NCBI RefSeq assembly: GCF_009914755.1
Contig: NC_060939.1
Origin: the human T2T-CHM13v2.0 reference genome, Homo sapiens
Strand: one strand, 5' to 3'
DNA: 64,000 nt
The notes under the pieces: model-generated
What the model saw: the letters and a program-made list of their open reading frames with translations, nothing else
What the model was told of the DNA's origin: nothing
The model's database searches: none
Translations under genes and position numbers: made by a program
In this document: in pieces, positions 11,591 through 29,949 of the stretch
Numbering within the stretch: position 1 is the stretch's first letter
Layout: every line of letters begins with the position of its first letter

Positions 11591-12309
11591 TTTCCACATG
11601 ATAAAAGTATTAGTTTCATTGTTAGTGATTTTGTTCTTTCATTCTGATATAGGAAATAATGACACATTACAACTGATGCAATTGATACATCTCACAATTT
11701 ATTAGAATATTTGTTTTTTGGGGTTAGTGTAGGCTTAGTAAGATACTACGTGGTTTATATGTTATCATTTCATACAATCCACCTGCCATCTCAGGAAGTA
11801 AGCACTATTCCCGCTCCTCTGGTCCATTTCCAAGTCTGAGCTAACTCTCGAAAGGAGAGGCCTAAAGGAACCTTGAGTTTGATTCTATATGCCCCACAGT
11901 CTTTGCTCACATCAACTACATAGATTATGTTTTGTCTTACATGGTAAATGCTTTTCAGGTCTAGTTTCAGACAGCTTAGCCTACCTCGTGGTCTTGAAGT
12001 TATTTTCCTGAATTGTGTTCTGTATACTCTACTAAATATTTTTATATTTATGTCTATGAACCAAGTATAATTAATTTTGTGTGTAATGTCAGGTCATAGG
12101 TCAGATTCTAATTTCTCCCTGTGGATATTCAATACCCTGGAACATTTTAATAAAAATCCAAGTTTCCCCCATGCAGCAACTTAAATATATGCTTATATAT
12201 GCATATGTCTGATTTTTAAGTTATTGGTTGTTTATTCTATCTCTGTGCAAGTACCACACTCTTATTATTAAGAGAGTCTATTCAAGAATTTTCTCTCTAG
12301 AGATTGTTC

Positions 12310-12610
12310 TTTTTCTTCTTTTTTAAGAGATAATTTTGTTCTGTCACACCAACTGGGGTACAGTGGCACAAACATGGAACACATTCTGTGTGTGAGCTGC
12401 TGGACTCAAGTGATCCTCCCCGCTCAGCCTCCTGAGTAGCTGGGACTACAGGTGCAAGCCACCATGCCCGGCTAATTTTTAATTCTTTTTAATGGAGAGG
12501 AGGTCTCTCTTTGTTGCCCAGGCTGATCTAGAACTCCTGGCCTTAAGCAATCCACCCTCCTTAGTCTCCCAAAGCATAGGAATTGCAAGCGTGATCCATT
12601 GTGCCTGGCC
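12310..12610 (-). mobile_element. AluJ
   Basis: ctcagcctcctgagtagctgggactacagg; diverged. Confidence 0.9.
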
Positions 12611-13062
12611 CAGGGCCTGTTCTTTTAATCACTGAGCTGCTCTATAATGAGGTGAAAGAAGTTCAGACGTGCATGCCTTGCACCTACAGCAATCCTTTCA
12701 GCTGTACCTTGAATGAGGCTGTGGATATACAACTTTAGAACGTTGCTATTGACTCTGAAATCTCTACGTCCTTGTGAATCTTAGGCAGTCTCCCAACACC
12801 ACTATCCACTTTATGTATTTAGTATCTTAGACAACAGCCAATGTTGTTGAAAACCTGGAGAGGCAGCCCTGGCTGCCTACTGCCCTGCTGTAGATGATTC
12901 TGTGAACAGAGTCCCCCTCCAGACCATGCCCAACAAAGACAGGTTCACAGGGGAGCCTCTGAGCTCAGAGCCTCTCTGGGGGCTCTGCATGCACAAGGAC
13001 AGCGCCTCCCTGCCTTGGTTGTGGGGTGAGGTAGGGAATTCAAGTCTTTTAAAAAAGGCTGA

Positions 13063-13415
<353 letters not shown>

Positions 13416-14576
13416 TTAAGACTTTAGATTTTACATTGTGATATTTCTCCTTGATTTTGATTTAATTTGTTGTGCAAATGTCTTAAACGCTTTTGTATAA
13501 ATATTCTCTTTTGTTGGTCATATAAATATCATCTAAAACCAAATGTTTTTTTTGTATCATAGATTTAAGGCCGTTATTTGTCTATTTTAAAAATGCATTC
13601 ATAATTATTTTTCAATGAACCATATCAATTATTTTCATCTTTAGTCCTATTTCCCTTTCATAAATTGAACGTTAATATCATTTTTATTAGAAGCGACAGA
13701 CGTTACACATTCTGTTTTATGATTTTCCAGAAATTTCCCCTTAAATAGCTCTGGTTAAATAGAAGGACAGAAACTATTCTGTAAGCCACAAGGCAAAATT
13801 GTCCCACATTAAAAAGATCTTCTTATGCTTAAAAAGATCTGTCAAACTTTCTATTCTATGGCTTAGTTTGCTGTACATGTGAAAGGTTAACAAGGTATTG
13901 ATTTGTGTGGCAGGAAAGTTAGACTTCACATCTGAATGCAAGGAGCAACGTCTTCTTAACCATGCTGGTGTGAACTTCATGATGTTGTTTCATATTCTCC
14001 TTGTACAAAAGATGTAGACATTGACTGGACTCCATAATTCCTTCCACCTCACCTCCGTGTACGTGTACATGACAGTTCTCTGTATGGATCACCCATTCTA
14101 TTAGATATGAATTATTTTCTTATTTTTGATGACTGATGATTAAATTCGATTTTAGTTCTCAGTGATAGAAAAAATACCAGTTAGAAAATGTGTACCTCAT
14201 GTGCTGTGATCAGAAAATATTTTTGTGCCATTAGCTTACAAAAATGAATTTCAATATTTTATTTATTGTCATTTTCATCCGGTTTAATAGTCTCAAAAGG
14301 TTTTCATGCTTGTGAATTTTTTAGATTTTACTTTTGTTTTCTTAGTCAAAACTGAGGCAAGTTTGGAGACATTTGTTCAAGATGTGTGAGACATAAGCAA
14401 TCAACACAGCAAAACACTGGTATTTTATGGGAATATGTAATAATAGATGGGCACTTGCCCTGCTAGATATGGCAGCAGTCTGGGTCTGTGGGCTTCAGTG
14501 CTGTACACAGAATTGACAGATCCTGCTTGAAGGAAAATGTACCCCTCATCTGTTGTACGACAGCCTGGCACCATTT

Positions 14577-15355
14577 TGTTACGAAACCCAGGTTTGGCCA
14601 TGGCCACTTCCAAAATCAAGTAACAGAAGGGTAGTAAAAAGAAAGTCACTGGCCGGGCGCGGTGGCTCACACCTGTAATCCCAGCACTTTGGGAGGCCGA
14701 GGCGGGATGATCACCTGAGGTCAGGAGTTCAAGACCAGCCTGGCCAACATGGCGAAACCCTGTCTGTACTAAAAATACAAAATTTAGCCAAGCACAGTGG
14801 CGTGTGCCTGTAATCCCAGCTACTGGGGGACAGAGCGAGACTCCGTCTCCAAAAAAAAAAAAAAAAAAAAAGAAAGTCACTTTATTCCCGAGCTTAGCAA
14901 TGTGGAAGGGCTGGATTCATATCTAAAGGAACCATGTAAGTTTTCTGGGCAGAAAACAGAGCTTTAAGAAGAAAAATTGGCAAGCAGGGCACGCAGAAGG
15001 GGTGTGGAGGTGTAGGATCTGCATGACTCGATGGATGACTTATCTCTAGTCATGAGTCATTCGTTAGCCTGCCCAGCATCACTGGGGACAGAGTCAGGTT
15101 GTGGATTAACTGATGTCTTGAGACAATCTCTCTTGTGGAGGAGAATTCTGGTGGATGCTTATTTTCGTTCAAGATTTGGTAATTTCTAAACAAACGTATA
15201 CTTAGCTAAGCTGACAGTGCTTGCTTGTGGTTTGGCTGGTGGAAAGGAAGGAGGGAAAAGTTTGAATTTGCATTTCTAAGGAGCTAAGTAAGACATGAAC
15301 ACACAGGAAAAAGAAAAAGTAAATATTTTTTAAGGAAAATGAAGTACTTGTTTAC
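14577..15355 (-). mobile_element. ERV1 LTR (MER4-group-like) interrupted by Alu
   Basis: tgttacg...gtttaca termini; adjacent to env remnant. Confidence 0.55.
14651..14871 (+). mobile_element. AluS with internal right-arm deletion; TSD aaaaagaaagtcact
   Basis: cccagctactggggga joins directly to cagagcgagactcc. Confidence 0.92.
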
Positions 15356-15359
15356 AACA

Positions 15360-15763
15360 CCCCACTGTCAAATTCCACTTTATTTTTATTCAATTGGAGC
15401 ATCATATTCATTTGGTCTGCTTGCTACTGAAAGTGGTCTAGTTATAGAGCATTAGAATGGAATCTGTGTACCTGGAGTTGGAAATATTCTTGAGTTTTCA
15501 GCAGGAACTTACTATGCATGTATGGTGTGTGGATCCAAGAATTTCTGAGAATGATTTCCTGCATCTCCATGCAGAGTGTACAGCAGCAATAAAATTCATA
15601 GCAGCTGAAGAGGGCGTTTAGCAGTATTAATAATATATATAAAAGTATTTTATGCACCAGGAAGCCGACTAAATCATGATGCCATAGAGTCCTGAGAGAG
15701 GGCATCTATAGCAGAAATATGGGTATCTACATGCATAGCTTGGGTTATATTGTGAGAATAATC

Positions 15764-15802
<39 letters not shown>

Positions 15803-16030
15803 TAAAATGGTCAGCCTTAATGAATGCAGAAGTGCCACCCTGGGCTGCAGTGAAGATATCTAAAGCCATATGATTTAAAGACATCATGAGATTAGACATA
15901 GCATTAGTTTGCTTGTGCATGTCTTTTAGGGCTGAGGATATGTTTCTGGAGTTACCCAGGAAGTACACACAGCATTTAGTCTTAATTATAGTGCAAATCC
16001 CCAAATGTCAGTTTACCCAGAGCTCCTGTG
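15360..16030 (-). mobile_element. ERV1 env TM remnants
   Basis: ORF 15669-16004: GICTIIKTKCCVY (CX6CC) and NHMALDIFTAAQGGT (immunosuppressive domain). Confidence 0.88.
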
Positions 16031-16039
16031 GAGATATGA

Positions 16040-18930
<2,891 letters not shown>

Positions 18931-19414
18931 ATACTGGCTCAGTTGTGAGAATTGAGTGAGGTTCTGTGAGTCTCTGGTTCTTAGGATTTGAGGCAGAATC
19001 TTGTTCATTTGATCTAAAGATTTTCTGCTTTTTCAAATCCAGTAAGCATTTAGTAGGCTACCTGTGTACTTGAATTCCAAGGACACTATTATAAACTAGC
19101 CAGCAACATAAATCTATAGGAATCAGATGAACCTGATTGTTGCTTCGCCTTTGCTGTCCATTGAGATAACTATGCCAACCTTGTCTTTGAAGACTGAGTG
19201 TTGCTACTTGCTCCCAGGTTTCCCTGTAACCCAGTTATTCCCATTGCATTTTGATTTTCCAATTGGTGTACTCTGGTTTCTATATTAAGGTCTGGTCTAC
19301 CGAGAAGAGAGATCAAAGAGCTCTTCAGCTGTTCCCAGCTCCCCACACAAATCTACCTAACAAAGTCCCGATAAACAGTCTGTTTTCTGGAGTCTATCAA
19401 TACTGGTAAGTTGC

Positions 19415-19710
<296 letters not shown>

Positions 19711-19989
19711 TGTAAGTTGCTTTTAAGTGGGAAATCCATTCTAGCATTCCTGTCTCTCCAGGCCTATGAATTCCTTCATCCAACATAATGCAGGGAAGAT
19801 GCGGGAATCACTGACTTGCTCATGGTCATACATCTGTTGAACTATATTTCAGCCAACCAGTCATAACACTACTACTACCATCCTTAAATACCGAAGCTGC
19901 AACATTAAACCGGAATATCTGCTTAATGGCCCCATATCATTAAATTTGGACTGATTCAAGTTTATATTCCTTCTACTGTTATCAACACT

Positions 19990-20162
19990 TTTTTTTTCTT
20001 GTTTTGGTTTCTTACAGATGAGGTCTTGTTCTTTTGGCCAGGCTGGAGTGCAGTGGTACAGTCGTGACTCACTGCAGCTTCAAACACCTGGGTTCCGGCA
20101 TTCATCCCACTTCAGCCTCCCGTGTAGCCGGGACTACAGGTACAAGCCACCACACCCAGCTA
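19990..20162 (-). mobile_element. Alu monomer (FRAM/FLAM-like)
   Basis: ggctggagtgcagtgg...gggactacagg. Confidence 0.8.
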
Positions 20163-21223
20163 TCCACAGCCATAATCTTTATTTCCACATAGGGTCTTCA
20201 GATTTCTGTTTGCATTAGTTAGAAAACTCAGGTAGCTTTTTTGACATAGATCACACCTCCTCATGGGAAATACTATCCATCAGCTTTAGGGGCCTGTTGT
20301 AACTTTAGTCTCACCATGAGTCTAGAAGAAACACAGCTGTCAGGGGTGGGTCTTGAAGATAATCAGCAATGTATTGCTTGACAGCTGCTTCAGGGGAAGC
20401 CATTACCGTTTCCTTAGGCATTGTAGCTGTAAGCTACTCAGACGTATATGGAAAGGCCTACATCACCTTGTGTGGGAAGGCCATTGCCAAGGGGGTGGCT
20501 GTGAGGAGGCCACTTCTGCTGGCAATAAAAACTCATTAGAATTTAGGAGATCAATGTCCCCAGCCACATCAGTCTTCCCATACATCGTCATCCCAAGTTA
20601 CAGGATGCTATTCCTTATCAACTTCCACTTCAACAGTAGACACCCTGCCAGACTCAGTTCAATGTTTCTTGTAATTCAGCCAGTGGCATGATATGGGCTT
20701 GTGTTTGACCTTTAGCAAATACTTCCCTGTGGCTACAAGAGAGTTTTCTGGCTCAGAGCACAGGTAGAAACTCTTAGGCTGTTTATGTGGAGCTGGTTCT
20801 GCAAAATTGAATCCCTAAGCTCATTATTGTCTTTCATCAAATTTCCCAGTGAAATTAGAAGCAAGAAACCCGTCATCATTATGTGCCATGGTTTTAAACA
20901 AATGTCTGTATCACATACAGAGTAAACAAGTACCTTGCCTCTTATCAGTGTTTAATTAAGAGTATCAAATGCAGATATTTTGGGGATCTCTAAAAACAGT
21001 TCATGTCATTGACTGTCATTGCTCTTTCTACTGTTAAAAGTACAGTTCTTAGAATTTAGGTCCAATCAGATTAGAAAGCCAATTCTAGAAACCCCAAATT
21101 TGATTAAGGACACTCATGCTTAAAATTCTCTTTGTATAGAACCGTTCATACTACCAAAGTCTATACTAGTCAGGGTTATCGAGAGCAACGGAACCAATAG
21201 GATAGACACGTAGGAGCTAGCGG

Positions 21224-21224
<1 letters not shown>

Positions 21225-21282
<58 letters not shown>
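21225..21282 (+). repeat. (AGAT)n tetranucleotide STR, about 14 perfect units
   Basis: Direct reading. Confidence 0.97.
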
Positions 21283-24200
21283 GGATTTTTAGGGGAACTG
21301 AATCACATGATTATGGAGGCTGACCGTTTCCACCACATGCCATGTAAAGCTGGAGATCCTAGGATGCTTGTTGGGTACCATAGTCTAAGTCCAAAATGCT
21401 CAAACCAGAGAAAACCTTGGTTAAACCCTCAGTATAAGGCTGAATGCCATCAGAAAGTCTTTCAATTGAGTCCCCTGTCATTTTGAAATACCACCATATT
21501 TAAAATTTAACATTGTTATGTGGCTGATTCATTGGTTGCATTGTTTTTGAGCATTTTGTTGTTTGATCACCACTAGATACTCCAGGCTAATTGTATTTAG
21601 TCCCTGTTCAAGTCTATTATTGACCTTTTTCTCACAGGTCCCTATCTTTTTTGTTGGAGAATGAAATTAAAAAAGATTTGGACACTCATTGGTTGTACAC
21701 ATTGTTACTGGGGAATGTGTTGATTGGAGGCCTTGTTAGCTAACAGAGCAAAGAGTAAATATAGACATATGTTTACAAATTTCTACAAGTCTCCATATGT
21801 ATCTGCATTAAATTAAACATGAATTCCTACAGCCTCCTCCGTCCCACACAGTCTTATTCAGCACTATGTGAATTTGTCTACCCATCTCACTAATCTGTAT
21901 GTAGCCTACCACTGTAATATTTAACCACCTGAAAATGCAGGCATAGTGGTTTCAGAATAAGAAACATACAACCCCATGAGAAACACCCTTACCACCTGTT
22001 TATGTATACCAACTGCTTATGTATAAATCCTTTAGCCTTTAGACAGAATCTGCACTTATTATGTCAGTTGCTTAGGTCAGCTTCTTTTTCCCCTTCCTTC
22101 AGTGGATTATTTCATAGATTTGTATAAAGTATTTTCTCTGCATTTCTTCCTGGGCTGTTCCTATCTACTAAATAAGTTTTTTTTGTTAATTTACATACTT
22201 TCAGGTTCACTCTTTGTGTTATAAAGTTTTGTGGGAGTTGAAAACCTGTATCTTTTATCCACATTACAGTAGCATACATAATAATATACAAAAGGAAATT
22301 TTCTATCTTTACAGATTTGTCTTTCCTTTTGGCTGAGACCGTGGTAACCAATAAACTCTTTACTTTCTCTATCCTTGTGCCTTTTCTAGAGTGTCATATA
22401 TTATGTTAAAAAAAAGTATTTTGCTTTTTCCAAATTGCTTTTTGGACTTACTCATATGCCTTTAGGATTAGTAAAGGATATCTTATGGTTGGGATTTGCA
22501 TTTCCCTAATGACAGAGGCATTGAGCATTTTTCCATATGCTTATTAAACATTACTATAGCTTCTTTGGAGACATGACTGTTCAAATTTTCTATTTTTGAT
22601 TGGAGCATTTGCCTTTGGATTTTTGCGTTTTAAGATGTTGTAATATATTCTGGATTATAAATTCTTATTGGATATTTGACATACAAAGACTTTTCTCCCA
22701 TTTTTAAATTGTTTCTTTTGTTATGTACTTTACATTATGATGTATGTTATTAGTGATGTTTCAATATATCTATTTTCTCCTTCCTCTTGTGCATTAGTTG
22801 TCATATCTTAGAAATCATTGTTTAACCTTTGTTAAACAATTTGTTTTTGTTTTTAGTTTTGGCTTTTTAGGTGTATGATTGTATTAGTCTGTTCCCACAC
22901 TGCTATAAAGAACTACCTGAGACTGGGTAAGTAATAAAGAACAGTGGTTTACTATATCCACAATTCTACAGACTGTACAGGAGGCATGACTGGGGAGACT
23001 TACAATCATGGTGGAAGGAAAAGGGGAAGCAAGCACATCTTACATGGCTGGAGAAAGAGGAATAGATAGAAGAAGGAAGTGCCACACAGTTTTAAGCAAC
23101 CACAGTTTGTGATAACTCACTATCATAAGAACAGAAAGGGGGAATCTACCCCCATGAGTTAGTCGCCTCGCACCAGGCCCCTCCTCCAACATTGGAGATT
23201 ACAATTTGCCATGAGATTGGGAGGTGACACAAATCTAAACCATATCATCCTGCCCCTGGCCCCTCCTAAATATCATGTTTTTTTCTCATATTGCAAAATA
23301 CAATCATTCCTTCTCAATAGTCACCCAACTCTTAACTCATTTCAGCATTAACTCAAAAGTCCACAGTCCAAAGTTTCATCAGAGATAAGGCAAGTCCCTT
23401 CTACCCATGAGCCTGTAAAATCAAAAGCAAAGTCATTACATTCAATATACAATGGAGGTACAGGCATTGGGTAAATACACTCATTCCAAAAGTTATAAAT
23501 CAGCTGGAAAGGAGGGACAACAGGCCCCATGCAAGTTTGAAACCCAGTAGGGCAGTCATTAAATCTTAAAGCTCCAAAATGATCTCCTTTGAATCTGCAT
23601 CTCACATCCAGGCCTCACTGATGCAAGGTAAGGGCTTTCAAGGCCTTGGGCAGCTCTGCCTCTCTGGCTTGGCAGAGCTCATCTATTGTGGCTGCTCTCA
23701 AGGGCTGGCATTGAGTGCCTGTGGCTTTTCCAGGCACATAGTGCAAGCTGTTGGTGGATATACCACTCTGGGTTCTGGAGGACAGTGGCCCTCTTCTCAC
23801 AGTTCCACTAGGCCCCCAGTGGAGACTGTTTCTCGACGCTCCAACTCTATACTTCTCTGTGCTGTCCTAGTACAGGTTTTCCCTAAGGGCTCCATCACTG
23901 CAGCAGACTTCTGCCTGGGCATCAAGGCATTTCCATACATTCTCTGAAACCTAGGCAGAGGCTCCCAAGCCTCAACTCTTTCCCTCTGTGTACCTTCAGG
24001 CTTAACACCACGTGGAAACTGCCAAGGATTATGGCTTGCACCTCCTGGAGCATGGACTGATAAGTATCTGGGGACCTTTTAATCATACCTGGAGCTGGAG
24101 CAGCTGGGGCACAGGGAGCAGTGGCCCAAGGTTGCACAGGGCACCAAGGCCTTGAGCTTGGTCCTTGAAACAATTATTTTCTCCTAGGCTTTTGTGCCTA

Positions 24201-24284
24201 TGATGGGAGGGGCTGATGGGAAGGTTTCTGAAGTGGCTTTGAGGCATTTTCCTTATTGTCTTGGGTATTAAAATTCAGTTTCTC

Positions 24285-24975
<691 letters not shown>

Positions 24976-25884
24976 GGTTTTTCTTTTTTACAAAATGGCT
25001 GGACTGCAAATTTTCTAAACTTTTATGCTCTGCCTGTTTTTTAAATATAAGTTTTAGTTTCATAGCATCCCTTTGCTCACACTATGACAATACACTGTTA
25101 GAAGCAGCCAGGCCACATCTTGAACACTTTGCTGCTTAGCAATTTCTTCCACAAGATACCCTAAATCATCAGTCTCCAATTCAAAGTTCCACAGATCCCT
25201 AGAGCAGGGGCACAATGCCACCAGTCTCTGTGCTAACATAACAAGAGTGACCCTTACTCTAGTTCCCAATAAGTTCCTCATCTCCATCTGAGACCACCTC
25301 AGCCTGGACTTCATAGCCCATGTCACTATCAGCATTGTGGTCACAAAAATTTAACCAGTCTCTGGAAAGTTCCAAACTTCTCCTCATATTCCTGTCTTTT
25401 TCTGACCCCCTCCAGACTGTTCCAACCTCTGCTCATTACCCGGTATCAAAGTCACCTCCACTTTTCAAGTATCTTTATAGCAATGCCCCACTCCCAGTAG
25501 CAATTTTCTGTATTAGCCTTCTTGCATTGCTATAAAGAACTATCTGAAACTGGGTAATTTATAAAGCAAAGAGGTTTAATTGACTCATATAGTTCTGCAG
25601 GCTGTAGAGGAAACATGGCTGGGGAGGCCTCAGGAACTTACAATCATGGCAGAAGGAGAAGGGAAAGCAGACACATCTTTTATGGCCTGAGAAGGAAGAA
25701 GAGAAAGAAGGGTGAGGTCCTACACACTTAAATAACGATATCTCATTCACTTACAGTCATGAGAACAGCAAGGGGAAATCTTCCCCCATTATCCAATCAC
25801 CTCCCACCAGGCCCCTCCTGTAACATTGGGGATTACTATGTGGCATGAGATTTGGGCAGGGACACAAGTCCAAACCATATTAGT

Positions 25885-27300
25885 GACTAATTTGTACTAT
25901 TTATGCATATACTGTGAGGGAGGAGTTTAACTTGCCTGTTGATAATGTTGATAATGTTGACTTGTCCCAGAATCCGTTGATGAAAAAAATACTTTTCCGT
26001 ATTGAATTTACTTGGAGCCCTTGTAAAATTATTTGACCGTAAATGTAAAGGTTAACTTTTTGATATTCAATTTTATTCTATTTATTTGTATGTCTACACC
26101 ACACATGTTAATTAGTATGGCTTTGTCTTTAATTTTAAAATCAGGAAGTATGAGTCTATTTTACAAATTCCATTTTTTTTTTCAAAATTATTTTAACAAT
26201 TCTCTATTGCATTATATATACAATTTAAAATCTGTTTGATAAGTTAGTGAAAAAAGGTCACCTGGGATTTTCATGGAAATTGCATTAAATCTATACAGTC
26301 ATAGAAAAAGTATTGTCAACTTAATAATATCAAGCCTTTTAATCAATGATCATTCAACATTTGTCCATTTTTATAGAATTTTATTAATTACATTTAATAT
26401 ATTTTACAGTTTTAATATACATGTCATATGCGTATTTTGTTAAATTTATTGTTATGTGTTTTTCCTTTTTGGTGCTATTTTAAATAGCATGGGTTTCTGA
26501 GATTTTTGTTTAGTTTGTTAATTTCTAGTATATAGAAGTACATATTTCTGTATACTAACCTTGTGTACTGGAACTGTATTGAACTTATATTTTAATTTGC
26601 ATTCTATTTTATTAGAGTCATTTTGATGTTCTGTAAACAAATTATGTCAATTGCCAACAGAGTTTTACTTTCTTTTATGCCAGATGTCTTATATTCATTT
26701 TTCTCTACTAATTGTCCTTGCTACATCCTCTAGCATAATGTGGGGAAGAATTGTGGCCAGAATGAAATTCTTTGTCTTATTTCTAATCTTGGAGAAAGTA
26801 TTGAGCCTTTCAGAAAACTTTTATATCATGTGAGGGTTTTTATTTTTTTGGATGCTTTAAAGTGAAGACAGTTTCTTTACAGTCCTAATTTGCTGCATAT
26901 CTTTATCATGAATGTGTTTTTGATTTGTCAAGTGCTTATTCTTTGTCTTTGAGATGATCGTATAGGTTCCGTGCTTTATTCCATTAATACAGTGCATGAA
27001 TTGTATATTGAACAAAATTTGCATTCCTGAGGAAATACCCTTAGCAATAGTGTATAATATTTTTGCATGTTGCTGATTTGTTTTGCTATTATATCCTTAA
27101 GGATTTTTGCCTCTTTATTCATAAGGCATATTGGTCTTAATTTTCCTTTCTTGAAATGTTTTGGTCTAATTGTGGTATGAGGATAAAATACCTCATAGTG
27201 TGCATAGGGAGTGATCTCTTCACCGCTGTCATTGCTGTTGTTTAATGTTTTTAGAGAATTCATAATGAAGTTGTATTCTTTAAAGGTATGAAATAATTTC
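25885..27300 (-). mobile_element. Old L1 (L1M), paralogous to 7100-8460
   Basis: ORF 26976-27263 RPICLMNKEAKILKDIIAKQI resembles L1 ORF2 RT. Confidence 0.85.
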
Positions 27301-27319
27301 CTATTGAAGTCATCTTAAC

Positions 27320-27521
27320 ATGGAACCAGAATTAAATCCTAACAACAATCATGTGAGCCTGGGGAGGATCCTTCCCCACGTGAGCCTTCAGGGGAGACTT
27401 CAGCCTTGGCCATCTTCTCCATCTAGATTCCTGACCAAGAGAAACTGTGAGTAATGTGTATGTGCTTTTCAGCCACCAAGATGTGTGGGAATTTGTTATG
27501 CAACAATAACTAAGTAATACA
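27320..27521 (+). mobile_element. MLT1 LTR fragment, monomer D
   Basis: act|gtgagt at 27447; ends aagtaataca. Confidence 0.8.
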
Positions 27522-27849
27522 CCTGGCATTGAATGTAATGTGGTATCCTAGATTAGATACTGGAATAGAAAAGTGACATTATTGGAAACCTGAAGAAAAC
27601 TATGAATAAAGTCTGTAGTTCCATTGATAGTTCTACAACACTGTCAATTTCTCAGTTTTCATGAATAGTCTATGGTTATATAATGTGTTAATATTCCTTT
27701 AAGCTGAAAGGTATATGAAACTCTCTGCATTATATATATTATATATTATATATATTATACCTCCTTCTGTAAGTCAAATATGATTTCAAAATAATTTTAA
27801 AATAATATTTTGGTGGAAAGCAAAAACCAACAAAAAGACATAAGCACAT

Positions 27850-29790
27850 TAACTTGTTTTCAGGAGATCGGGTGGGCAAGTCGGGAAAGAACAGCAGCAC
27901 AGCTTTCCTAATTTAGCCACCATTCTGAACGCAGGTGCACCTGCTTCAGTTAAACACAGTTAGCTCCAGGGACTCTCATCCATTTTTGCCTTTGAAATCG
28001 TGCTACCCATTATCCAGGAACATTTTAAGTGTCAGTAACCACTTCTTCAGAGAGAGGTGCCTTTTCCTCATATATCCCAGGACGCCCCATTTTCAGACAT
28101 TGTCTGGAAGTTTATTCACATAATTCCACTAAAGCCTTTCTGGAAAAAATGACTGCTGGACATTAGAAGCCGATATTGCAAAATGTCAGTGACAGGGAAC
28201 ACAAATTGTATTTCTACAATCAGGAGAGTGTTTTATTTCCCTTGGTACAGGGATTTGTTCTTCAACTGGTTATCAGATCACTGGGATAATTTCTATTTCT
28301 CTCGTCATGAATTATTTAGGACCATATATTCTGTTGCTCTTCACATCTTGGAATTATATGGTCCATTTCCAGGGTCAAAGACCACAGAATAAATGTCATC
28401 CTGGCAGCAGGTGAGTAGGGCACACAAACAATGCTTCTAAATATGGTGGTTGATGACAATGCTTGCTTACTAAGACCCCGATATGAATCTGTGGACAACT
28501 GGTTTTTGGCAGGTGAAGTCATGTGAGTGATTCAGTATATGCTTTGTATGGCTGGAGAAAGCTCAGTAGATACAAGAAAAAGCAGTGTGTAACAGATCTC
28601 CCCCCACCATGCAGTGATCTAAGAGATGGACCCAGGCTAAATGGTGACTCTGCACATGTTCTGGCTAAACAAAGAATCTCACAGCAGGAAGAAATATCCA
28701 GCTATCCCCCACATAGGTCCCTGTTCATAGTTCACAGCACTCTGCGGTGTTAACACCAGGGTTGTGTCAAAGAACCATGCCTACAAAGCCTACCAAGCCG
28801 TGAGTCTGCATGCTGCACTCACACAGACATAGACAAAGCCAAGACTATTGCCTTTATGGTGGTTCTGAGTTCTCAAGTTTAAAGGAAAACAGGCAATATA
28901 CACAAAACTCTACTGCCATATTGGCATGGAAAGGACAGAGTGCTGAGCACTGAGTGCCCAAACAAGTGCTTTAACAGCATGGAAGGCATGATTTCCCACA
29001 ATATACTAAGCAACTAAATTCACAAAGGCCACCACAATTCTAAAAAAAGATGTCATTGCAAACAAACCCAAGTCTTAGACCACAATATGAGACAAACATT
29101 CCAACATGCTGTCTCCACACTGTAGCCTGATTAGGAGTTGTAGTTCAATGGATGAATGGCTCATATATTTAACATCATTACTTCATATTCATGTAATTCA
29201 ACCTTCCTGGAGTGTAAAACTATTGGTGAAATTTCAAAGTCCTAAATTATGAATTGTATGAGTTTCTTCTTCACTTAGTATTTTCCCAAGGATACAGGAA
29301 AACTAATTTCAATATCCAAGTGTCCAAAAGTAGAGTTTGCCAGAGTAGCAAGGGGGCAGAACAAAGCATTTTATGAAGATCACAATGCATCTACTTCTAC
29401 AGTGACTATGTATTATCACCATTTGTGTGATTAAAAGGGTGAATGAGAATGAAGAAAAACAGAGATCAAGAATGTTATAGATTAAAGAATTGAATTTGTA
29501 ATATGGCTTGCAGGGATCATTGCTTATATTTCTAACTTTAGGACACAATTTTTTTAATATAGATTTTCCTTAGTCTTTAGAAAACTAACACTTCAGGAAA
29601 AATTTCAAGTGTCTCTCTACAATTTATATCTTCCTCGTCAATAGATTTCTTGAACCGTAGTTTATAAAACAATTACAGCACGTCACTAATAAGTCTAATA
29701 TTTCTAATAACTAAGTAGATTGTAAATAGAGTTGGTAAATTAATATGAAAATATATACAAGAATGTTTACTTAATAACAGACTAAACTGA
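27850..29790 (+). repeat. Ancient tandem monomer core, type D
   Basis: Collinear with 9000-10900. Confidence 0.9.
28320..28410 (+). ncRNA. Candidate lncRNA exon, monomer D
   Basis: tttag| acceptor; CAG|gtgagt donor at 28411. Confidence 0.4.
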
Positions 29791-29949
29791 TCATTTCTGA
29801 AGTGCGGGGTCCCCATTTCTGAGGGGGTCATGGCTGCATGCCCGTAAGCAAGGGGGGTGTTGTGGGTGCTTTGTTTGCCCTGTTAATTTTGGATCCCTCT
29901 GTGCTCTGTGAACTATTAAGATAATATTTGTTTGAAAAATCCAGTTGCT

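Noticed and set aside
14420-14576. Moderately GC-rich unique segment, possible exon or pseudogene piece
   Set aside because: No recognisable homology or paired splice signals
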